Positions 10,355 to 17,094 of a stretch of DNA of 64,000 nucleotides are shown in pieces. Origin of the DNA: Acetobacter sp. 46_36 (GTDB taxonomy: Bacteria > Pseudomonadota > Alphaproteobacteria > RF32 > CAG-239); NCBI GenBank assembly GCA_001917135.1, contig MNTT01000008.1, forward strand, positions 78,564-142,563, in the 5' to 3' direction. The notes under the pieces were generated by a model, which was given only the letters and a program-made list of their open reading frames with translations, ran no database searches and was not told the DNA's origin. Both the position numbers and the translations under genes were made by a program. The first letter of the stretch is position 1. Each line of letters starts with the position of its first letter.

Positions 10355-10483
10355 ATTTAATCCCTGATAAAACTCGGACTGACCAAACTGAAAAATCCGC
10401 CGCAATCTCCGGCGGCTAACTCAATCCCTGATAAGCCCCAGACTAACAAAGCTGAAAAATCCGCTACAGTCTTCAGCGGCTGA
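10355..10483. repeat. About 64-bp intergenic direct repeat (2 copies), each with an internal hairpin
   Basis: First copy: caatttaatccctgataaaactcggactgaccaaactgaaaaatccgccgcaatctccggcggct. Second copy: aactcaatccctgataagccccagactaacaaagctgaaaaatccgctacagtcttcagcggctg. Each contains an inverted repeat (ccgccg..cggcgg / ccgctg..cagcgg). Lies downstream of the convergent ABC ATPase gene. Confidence 0.6.
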
Positions 10484-10518
10484 TTCAATCACCTGCGTCT
10501 GGTTCAACCCTCCGACAG

Positions 10519-12108
10519 CTAATTCAAAGCTGCCCCGATAAGCTCCCGTGCATAAGGAGTCTGCGGATTATTAAAAATTTCATCTGCCGTCCCCTGCTCA
10601 ACAATCCGCCCCCGGCGCATAACTGCCACCTCGTGCGAAATTTCCCGCACCGCCCGCATATCGTGCGAAATAAACAGATACGCAATGCCCGTCGCATTCT
10701 GTATCCTCTTAAGCAACGCGATAATCTCCGCCTGCACGGTTACGTCCAATGCCGATGTCGGTTCATCTAATATCATAATTTTCGGCTCCACGGCCAATGC
10801 GCGCGCAATGGCAATTCTCTGCCGCTGTCCGCCGGAAAACTCATGCGGATATTTTGCTAAGATTTCCTCGCCGGACAGCCCGACCTCTGTCAGAACTTTC
10901 TTGACCTTTGCCGTTGTTTCTTCACCGCTCAGCCTCGGAAAATGCACAGCCAGCCCTTCGCCAACAATCTCTTCGATTGTCATCCGTGGATTAAGAGAAT
11001 TATACGGATCCTGAAACACAATCTGGACATTTTTGCGAAAGTCCTTTTCGTTGCGAATATGTACCGACTTCGCCGTCAATATTTCCCCCCGGTACTTGGT
11101 CAAATCCGCCAGACACATGCCAAGAGTCGTTTTTCCCGAACCGGATTCGCCGACAACGCCGAGCGTCTTGCCCTCGTAAAGTGCAAGCGAAACATTCCGC
11201 ACCGCATCAATCTTTGTAACCGGTTTCCCCCACAGATTCTTTTTCAGTACAAAGCTGACCGATATGTCCCGCGCTTCCATCAACTTGCGGGATTTAAAAT
11301 CCTGCCGCGGCGCCGTATGGTGAAACGCTGCCAGCAGTTCCTTTGTATACGGATGGATTGGCGCGTTAAAAATATTGCCGACGCTGCCCTGCTCGACAAT
11401 AACCCCTTGCCGCATAACCAACACGCGGTTAGCAATTTTCCTGACCACATTCAAATCGTGAGAAATAAACACAACCGCCATGCCGAATTTTTCTTTCAGC
11501 CGCAGAATCAGCTCCAAAATCTGTTTCTGCACGGTTACATCCAACGCTGTCGTCGGTTCGTCGGCAATAAGGACTTTGGGATGGTTGGCAACCGCCATCG
11601 CAATCATAACGCGCTGCCGCTGTCCTCCGGACAGTTCAAACGGGTACGCCTCCATCCGTTCGTCCGCATGGTCAATTCCTACCAGCCGCAGCAAATAGCG
11701 CGCTCTCGCCCGGGCTTTCTTCTCCGACACTCTTTTGTGGACGCGGATAACCTCCGCCACCTGTTCGCCGACTTTCATCAGCGGATTAAGCGAGCTCATC
11801 GGTTCCTGAAACACCATGCCGATTTCATTGCCTCTGATGTCCTGCCACTCGTTTTCGCTGAGCGAGGTAAGTTCCCGTCCCTCAAACAATATGGAATTTG
11901 TGCTTTTATACAAAACTTTTTTCGGATTAATCAGCCCCAGCAGCGACAACGCCGTTACCGACTTCCCCGAGCCGGATTCGCCGACAATCGCCAGCACTTC
12001 GCCCTGATTGACCGCAAAACTGCTGTTAAACACCGCCGAAAACAACCCGCCGTTTTCATCAATAAAACGGACGTTCAGACTTTTGACTTCCAACACCGGC
12101 TCCGTCAT
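10519..12108 (-). CDS. ABC transporter ATP-binding protein, duplicated ATPase (YejF/DppDF-fusion-like)
   Basis: 529 aa with two nucleotide-binding domains: two Walker A motifs (GESGSGKS and GESGSGKT), two ABC signatures (LSGGQRQR and FSGGQRQR) and Walker B motifs. Its ATGA overlaps the upstream permease gene. Confidence 0.9.
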   Translation of the reverse strand: MTEPVLEVKSLNVRFIDENGGLFSAVFNSSFAVNQGEVLAIVGESGSGKSVTALSLLGLINPKKVLYKSTNSILFEGRELTSLSENEWQDIRGNEIGMVFQEPMSSLNPLMKVGEQVAEVIRVHKRVSEKKARARARYLLRLVGIDHADERMEAYPFELSGGQRQRVMIAMAVANHPKVLIADEPTTALDVTVQKQILELILRLKEKFGMAVVFISHDLNVVRKIANRVLVMRQGVIVEQGSVGNIFNAPIHPYTKELLAAFHHTAPRQDFKSRKLMEARDISVSFVLKKNLWGKPVTKIDAVRNVSLALYEGKTLGVVGESGSGKTTLGMCLADLTKYRGEILTAKSVHIRNEKDFRKNVQIVFQDPYNSLNPRMTIEEIVGEGLAVHFPRLSGEETTAKVKKVLTEVGLSGEEILAKYPHEFSGGQRQRIAIARALAVEPKIMILDEPTSALDVTVQAEIIALLKRIQNATGIAYLFISHDMRAVREISHEVAVMRRGRIVEQGTADEIFNNPQTPYARELIGAALN

Positions 12109-13124
12109 AATTTCCTCTTATCCATTGCGTCGCGAACGCCTTCGCCGACAAAAATCAATGCCGTCAACAGCATAGACAGTACAAAAAAGATGCTCAGCCC
12201 AATCCACGGTGCCTGCAGATTGTCTTTCCCCTGGCGCACCAAATCGCCGAGCGACGGATATTCATGTCCGAGTCCCAGTCCGAGAAAATCAAGCGCCGTC
12301 AATGCCACAATCGCTCCCGCCATAATAAACGGCACAAACGTTACCGTCGCCACCAGAGCATTAGGCAGAATATGCCGCCGGATAATGCGGAAATTTCCGA
12401 CGCCGATCGCTTTTGCCGCCTTGACGTACTCAAAATTGCGCGCCCGCAGAAATTCCGCCCGTACCATTCCCGTCAGTTCCGTCCATGAAAACAGCAGCAA
12501 AATCGCCAGCAGCGTCCCAAAACTCGGCACAAACACGCTTGCAACAATAATCAGAATAAACATCTGCGGCATCGATTCCCAAATTTCAATCAGCCTTTGC
12601 AAGATAATGTCGGTCTTGCCGCCGAAATATCCCTGCACCGCCCCGACAAAAATGCCTATCGCCGACGACAGCAGAGTCAATAAAAAAGCAAACGCAAACG
12701 ACAGCCGAACCCCGTACAGCAGCCGTGCCGCAATATCGCGCCCCTCTTCGTCGGTTCCGAGCAGATGCCGTGCCGACGGCGGCGCCGGAAACGGCTCATT
12801 AAGCTCATAATCAACCGTATTGTACGAGAATTCTATCGGCGGCATAACCATAAAGCCCTCTGCCTCAATATTCCTGCGAATAAGCTCGTCTTTGTAATTT
12901 GCTTCGGTCGGAAAATCGCCCCCGAACCGTGCATCCGTATAAACTTTGGCAATCGGAAAAAAATACTCGCCCTGATATTTCAGGATAATCGGTTTGTCAT
13001 TGGCGATAAATTCCGCAAACAAAGACAGGACGAGGATAAAAGCGAGCCCGAACACCGCCGCCTTTCCCCTCTTGTTCTTTATATACCTGTCAAACAGCAT
13101 CCTGCGGAAACCTCTATCATTCAA
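12105..13124 (-). CDS. ABC transporter permease, OppC/DppC/YejE family
   Basis: 339-aa polytopic protein with a binding-protein-dependent-transport EAA-like loop (YVKAAKAIGVGNFRIIRRHILPNA) and a long N-terminal periplasmic loop as in YejE. Confidence 0.8.
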   Translation of the reverse strand: MNDRGFRRMLFDRYIKNKRGKAAVFGLAFILVLSLFAEFIANDKPIILKYQGEYFFPIAKVYTDARFGGDFPTEANYKDELIRRNIEAEGFMVMPPIEFSYNTVDYELNEPFPAPPSARHLLGTDEEGRDIAARLLYGVRLSFAFAFLLTLLSSAIGIFVGAVQGYFGGKTDIILQRLIEIWESMPQMFILIIVASVFVPSFGTLLAILLLFSWTELTGMVRAEFLRARNFEYVKAAKAIGVGNFRIIRRHILPNALVATVTFVPFIMAGAIVALTALDFLGLGLGHEYPSLGDLVRQGKDNLQAPWIGLSIFFVLSMLLTALIFVGEGVRDAMDKRKL

Positions 13125-13183
13125 TCCAATACACTGCGTATTTTATATACGCAAAATATCGCCGCATCAACAGCTAAGTGCAT

Positions 13184-15532
13184 TTATTCCGCAACATTTC
13201 CGCTTTCGGGAACTGTCGCAGCCTCCGATGCCTCATTCATTTTCTGAACATCCCCTGCACCCGGCGCAATCATATCCGCCGATACATCCCCTGCGCCCGG
13301 CACAACCGTATCTCCTGATACAACATCTGCCCCCGGCGCAACATTAACTCCTGACACATTTTCAACACCCGGAACAACCACTGCTCCGGTGGCATTCTCT
13401 GCGCCCGGAACAGCCGTATCCCCTGGCACAGCCTCGGCCTCAGATGCCGCATCTTCCTCCGGCGCGTCCGTTCCCGAAATGCCGTTGCTGCCGGGATTAA
13501 ACGAACGGATTTCCCCGTTATCGTCCATCTCCAAAATCAAATCATCAGTCGGTACAAAAATATTACTGTCATGAATTCGGCTGCCGTTTCTCCTCTGCTC
13601 GGCATTCTGTACCGGCTGTTCTCGTACGGCATTCTGCTGACTCAATCGTCGTGCCTGTTCCTGTGCCTTGCGCAGCTTTTCCTGATAAGCGCGGCTCTTT
13701 TGCTTATACTCCGCATACCAGTCCTGATAGTTGGCGGCAATGTTGGAAATCTTGCTGCCGCGAATAACCGAATTATTAATCAGGTTTTGCTTCAGGCTCA
13801 ACGCTTCGTCTGTTTTTAAATTCATATTGTCAATTGAATAACAGTAGTCCTGATACCGGATAAGCGTCTTGGTAAAATCGCTAGCCAGACAAATATTCGC
13901 ATTAATCAGAAACTTGGGGCGTTTCCCTTTGCGAATAGCCAGGTTGACCAACTGGTCTTTGACAAAGTTTCCGTATCTGCCGCCGGTCATTCCCGCCAAT
14001 TCGCGGATTGTGCTGACGCCCTGGATGATAATGTCGGTTTTGGCATTTTTATAACTTTCGGTAACAATATCCATATACTCCTGAAGTTTCCCAATAGCAC
14101 ATTTCGCCTGATCGGCATACGCCTTACGCTTTTCGTCTATTCCCCCGTTGGCAAGAGAATTGTCTTTCAAAGCGACCCATTCTTTTCTCGGCTTCAGGTT
14201 GCAGAATTCGTCATACATATAAATATCTGAGGGCAAATCCACATAAATCATATACACCTGCCCGGCTTTATCCCGGCTGAAATCCTCGCCGGCTTCGTCT
14301 ACCACCGCCGGTGCCCCTTCCAACGAGACCCTCCGGTTTTCAGCCGTTACCTTAATACCCTTCAGCGGCGACATTCCCGCCAGCATTTTGGCAACAGATT
14401 TCAAATCGCGGCTCTTCAGGCTGAGTATCCACTCCGTCAGCAGAGCATAAACGTTCTGTTCCACCGTCCGGTTTTTATCATAAACCGGCACCGTCTTATA
14501 GCTCTTAATGACGCAGCGGTCGGTATTCAGGCTCCCGCCTTTGATGCAGGTATTGAATCCCGGCATTGCATAAGTGCTGATGCCGTATCCGTTTTCCCAC
14601 AGATAATCATACAGCCGGTTCTCCTCCAGACTGAAATAATCCAATCCGCCGTGTATAAAATCCCAGCTGTTGATAAATTCCGAATAAGCGCGGTTGCCGC
14701 TGGTCGTGCTCGTATAATCGACCTGATTAAAAATATCAATCATATTGCTGACCGTTTCGTTCTTTTTGACAAACGCGTTCGGATAAATCTCAAAATTGTT
14801 CAGGGCATAAAAACCGACCATCAAATCCCGCAGTTCACGGAAATTATGGTCGCGGATGCTGTTCAAAAACTGATATGACGGGAACTTCGGCAGCATAAAA
14901 TAAACCAGATTGCCTTCCCTTTCCTCGCCGACTTTTGCCCCCAGCGCCTTAATTTCGCTGTATTCTCCTTTCGGCTGGGGTAGAAATTCGTTTTTCTTAA
15001 TCCCGATAAGGCCGGCAAACATCAGTACCATCGTAATAAAGAGCATGGCAAACGTCGACCTGAACGCAAAAAAGATAATAACGCCCAGCAGCAGCCCTAC
15101 CAGCCAAGCCGCCGGAACTATCCCGATAAACGTGAGCCAGCTGGCCTTTTTCTCCAGCCATTCCTCAATAAAAGTATCGACGTTAAACAGCGCAAACTGG
15201 TTAAAAAATACCACGACAATCAGCATTGTTACCAGCGCGCAAACGCCGTTCTGCAAATCCTTGGAAAAAGACAGCAGCAATATCAGGACAAACGAAAAGG
15301 CAAATATGCCGCCCAAAATAAATAACACAGCCTGATTAAAGGTTCCCCCCTCAATCAGCTTGCCGTTTATGGAATAGATAAACATCGCAAAATCTATTGC
15401 AAACAGCAAAAAGATATAAAACACCCGCAGCATTTTGTCATAAAAACGGTTGGCATCTCCCGACCAGCTGGCAAAACGGCTGGAACGGCTTTTTTTTCTC
15501 AAAACCAAAGGCTGGTTCACCCCTTCGCTCAT
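13184..15532 (-). CDS. Large membrane-anchored protein (782 aa) with C-terminal 12-residue tandem repeats; possible alkaline-phosphatase-superfamily exodomain
   Basis: About 5 N-terminal TM helices, then a large hydrophilic domain, then a tail of (V/A)PGxxxxxGxxV-type 12-aa repeats. It is the first gene of an apparent operon with the ABC permease and ATPase genes. Confidence 0.5.
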   Translation of the reverse strand: MSEGVNQPLVLRKKSRSSRFASWSGDANRFYDKMLRVFYIFLLFAIDFAMFIYSINGKLIEGGTFNQAVLFILGGIFAFSFVLILLLSFSKDLQNGVCALVTMLIVVVFFNQFALFNVDTFIEEWLEKKASWLTFIGIVPAAWLVGLLLGVIIFFAFRSTFAMLFITMVLMFAGLIGIKKNEFLPQPKGEYSEIKALGAKVGEEREGNLVYFMLPKFPSYQFLNSIRDHNFRELRDLMVGFYALNNFEIYPNAFVKKNETVSNMIDIFNQVDYTSTTSGNRAYSEFINSWDFIHGGLDYFSLEENRLYDYLWENGYGISTYAMPGFNTCIKGGSLNTDRCVIKSYKTVPVYDKNRTVEQNVYALLTEWILSLKSRDLKSVAKMLAGMSPLKGIKVTAENRRVSLEGAPAVVDEAGEDFSRDKAGQVYMIYVDLPSDIYMYDEFCNLKPRKEWVALKDNSLANGGIDEKRKAYADQAKCAIGKLQEYMDIVTESYKNAKTDIIIQGVSTIRELAGMTGGRYGNFVKDQLVNLAIRKGKRPKFLINANICLASDFTKTLIRYQDYCYSIDNMNLKTDEALSLKQNLINNSVIRGSKISNIAANYQDWYAEYKQKSRAYQEKLRKAQEQARRLSQQNAVREQPVQNAEQRRNGSRIHDSNIFVPTDDLILEMDDNGEIRSFNPGSNGISGTDAPEEDAASEAEAVPGDTAVPGAENATGAVVVPGVENVSGVNVAPGADVVSGDTVVPGAGDVSADMIAPGAGDVQKMNEASEAATVPESGNVAE
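13250..13429. repeat. 36-bp imperfect tandem repeat, at least 5 units, inside the 3' end of the 782-aa CDS
   Basis: Units: catcccctgcacccggcgcaatcatatccgccgata / catcccctgcgcccggcacaaccgtatctcctgata / caacatctgcccccggcgcaacattaactcctgaca / ... The unit length of 36 bp equals 12 codons, so the repeat stays in frame. Confidence 0.8.
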
Positions 15533-15599
15533 AGTACCCTCTGCAAAAATTAAACTTTACTCTAAAATACACGCCATTGCTAAACAAAAACTTAACCAA

Positions 15600-15870
15600 A
15601 GAAAAAATCGCACTTTTTTTCCAAAAACTTTCTGCTCCACCCCCTCTCCCGCATTTTCTGCCTCCTCGTCTTCCCCCTCCTGCCCTCCTCTGTTTTTACC
15701 GCTTCTCCCTTCTCCGTCTTTACCGCTTCGCCCCTCATCTATCTTCACTCCTCCCCCGCCTGTTTTCAGCTCCGGCCGCTCTGTCCCGTCTTTTTACTTC
15801 ACCCGTTCTGCTCACGTTTCCTGTTTTCCGCACCCCCAAAATCCACCCGTTCCCATTTTTTCGTCTTAAT
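15600..15870. repeat. Pyrimidine (C/T)-rich low-complexity tract on the + strand, with short internal direct repeats
   Basis: About 270 bp that is almost purine-free on the + strand (e.g. tttaccgcttctcccttctccgtctttaccgcttcgcccctcatc). It lies in the divergent promoter region between the 782-aa gene and ssrA. Confidence 0.7.
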
Positions 15871-15895
15871 CGCACCGTAAACCTGACGATAACTC

Positions 15896-15923
15896 TTGAA
15901 TTTTTGAAAACAGCTGTTATAAT
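15896..15923 (+). promoter_or_regulatory. Sigma-70-like promoter for ssrA (TTGAAT - 16 nt - TATAAT)
   Basis: The -35 element TTGAAT (15896-15901) is followed by a 16-nt spacer and the -10 element TATAAT (15918-15923). The predicted transcription start lies near 15930. Confidence 0.6.
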
Positions 15924-15929
15924 CATAGA

Positions 15930-16018
15930 CAGTTTGCGGCAATGCTGCAGGCTCTGATACGAAAAGCCGTATGAAATAGATATATTGGACCCGGGGGCGG
16001 TACCCGGCACCTCCACCA
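15930..16018 (+). ncRNA. ssrA: tmRNA (ssrA), acceptor piece of a circularly permuted two-piece tmRNA
   Basis: The segment ends ...GGAC-CCGGG-GGCGGUA-CCCGG-CACCUCC-ACCA. This matches the tRNA-Ala-like 3' architecture (GGAC, T-stem, 7-nt loop, T-stem, 3' acceptor strand, discriminator A, CCA). The 3' strand CACCUCC pairs with GGGGGUG nine nt downstream, giving a G3·U pair. The 5' boundary is approximate. Confidence 0.65.
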
Positions 16019-16027
16019 GTTTTTTAC

Positions 16028-16241
16028 GGGGGTGAAACAGGTTTGACAGTGTATAGTAAAGATATGTGGGCTGTATTCGGCAAGATACCACCGTTATCGG
16101 TTCAAATCAAATAAACGCAAATGATAATTTTGCACCTGTTGCCGTAGCTGCATAAGGCAAAGCAACAAAATCAATTCTCCAGGCTATGGTTAGCCCGGAG
16201 TGGGGAAGGAGCCGCCCAGCAACAGAACGGCTCATTTTGTT
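16028..16241 (+). ncRNA. ssrA: tmRNA (ssrA), coding piece with tag ORF ANDNFAPVAVAA
   Basis: Starts with GGGGGUGAAACAGGUUUGACAG, resembling the tmRNA 5' consensus (GGGGCUGAUUCUGGAUUCGAC in E. coli). The tag reading frame at 16119-16157 (gca aat gat aat ttt gca cct gtt gcc gta gct gca taa) gives ANDNFAPVAVAA*, close to the alphaproteobacterial tag ANDNFAEEFAVAA. A rho-independent terminator ends it at 16207-16241. Confidence 0.7.
16207..16241 (+). terminator. Rho-independent terminator after the tmRNA coding piece
   Basis: Stem GAGCCG - 13-nt loop - CGGCUC, followed by AUUUUGUUG. Confidence 0.5.
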
Positions 16242-16271
16242 GTAATTGGCATTAGCGTGGAAAAACCGGAA

Positions 16272-16736
16272 ATGACGGAATTCGTAAACGAAATAAACTA
16301 TGACAAACTGATTGAAAAAGCTCTCAAACAAGTCGTCGTGGAAGCGTTAAAAATCGCTGAAACACAAGGGCTTCCGGGCGAAAACCATTTCTATATCACT
16401 TTCAGGACCAATCACCCCGGTACCATTATTCCGCGAGACCTGCTTATTCAGTACCCTGACAGTATGACGATTGTTCTCCAGCACCAGTATTCGAATTTGG
16501 AAGTCGGAACCGATTCGTTTTCGGTAGAACTGAGCTTCGGCGGCCGTCCGCAAACTCTGGTCATTCCTTACGAAGCCATCACCTACTTCGCCGACCCTTA
16601 TGCCAAATTCGGCTTAAGCTTCTCTTTCTACGAAAATGGCGACGTCCACGCGCTTGATGACATTGAGCCGGAAAAGAAAGTATCCGGCGAAACAGCCCAG
16701 ATTATCTCCTTTGACAGTTTCCGAAAGAAACAATAA
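16272..16736 (+). CDS. sspB: ClpXP adaptor SspB (stringent starvation protein B family)
   Basis: MTEFVNEINYDKL...LPGENHFYITFRTNHPG...MTIVLQHQYSNLEVGTDSFSVELSFGGRPQTLVIPYEAITYF aligns position-by-position with the E. coli SspB core (...VDVTLPGVQVP...IVLNIAPRAVGNLELANDEVRFNARFGGIPRQVSVPLAAVLAIYA). The track ORF begins at a GTG at 16200 that overlaps the tmRNA 3' end, so the ATG at 16272 is preferred. Confidence 0.75.
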   Translation: MTEFVNEINYDKLIEKALKQVVVEALKIAETQGLPGENHFYITFRTNHPGTIIPRDLLIQYPDSMTIVLQHQYSNLEVGTDSFSVELSFGGRPQTLVIPYEAITYFADPYAKFGLSFSFYENGDVHALDDIEPEKKVSGETAQIISFDSFRKKQ

Positions 16737-16960
16737 TGCGCAAATTTTCCGTAATCATCGCCGGACGCCACGCAACAAGCATCTCGCTGGAAGATGAGTT
16801 CTATGCAGCGCTCTGCGCTCTTGCCGCCGAACGCAATATGACGCTTAACAAGCTGGTAACCGAAATTGACGGCACCCGTACGACACCAAACCTCTCATCG
16901 GCACTCCGGCTGTATGTCCTGAAAAGCCTGCTCGAAAAGCTCAAATCAGCCCAGGCCTAG
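16736..16960 (+). CDS. Ribbon-helix-helix (RHH_4-type) small protein
   Basis: 74 aa: ...GRHATSISLEDEFYAALCALAAERNMTLNKLVTEIDGTRTTPNLSSALRLYVL.., matching the conserved alphaproteobacterial RHH family (SxSLEDxFW..L..IA..R..SL..LV.EID..R...NLSSA.R..VL). Its ATG overlaps the sspB stop (TAATG). Confidence 0.6.
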   Translation: MRKFSVIIAGRHATSISLEDEFYAALCALAAERNMTLNKLVTEIDGTRTTPNLSSALRLYVLKSLLEKLKSAQA

Positions 16961-17094
16961 CCTCGCCTAAATCATGCGGTTTCCCCGGCAACAGCAATAT
17001 TCAGTCATCGCAACCCGGTTGCCGCCTCCCTCATCATCAAAATAAAACCACGACGATTCCCGGCTGCGGCAATATCTATTTGCTGCATCCCTGC

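Noticed and set aside
10942-12810. 622-aa + strand ORF antisense to the ABC ATPase and permease genes
   Set aside because: It lies entirely inside two strongly conserved minus-strand genes. Its translation is low-complexity and R/P/H-rich with no motif. This is a typical shadow ORF.
15450-15957. ORFs 15450-15869 and 15577-15957 translating the CT-rich tract into Pro/Ser/Leu-rich peptides
   Set aside because: The translations derive from a homopyrimidine low-complexity region in a promoter-like intergenic position. They lack an RBS and are more parsimoniously non-coding.
16200-16271. GTG-initiated 5' extension of sspB (MGKEPPSNRTAHFVVIGISVEKPE) in the ORF track
   Set aside because: This segment overlaps the tmRNA coding-piece 3' stem-loop and terminator. 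The internal ATG at 16272 is preceded by a purine-rich RBS and marks the start of the SspB-homologous region.
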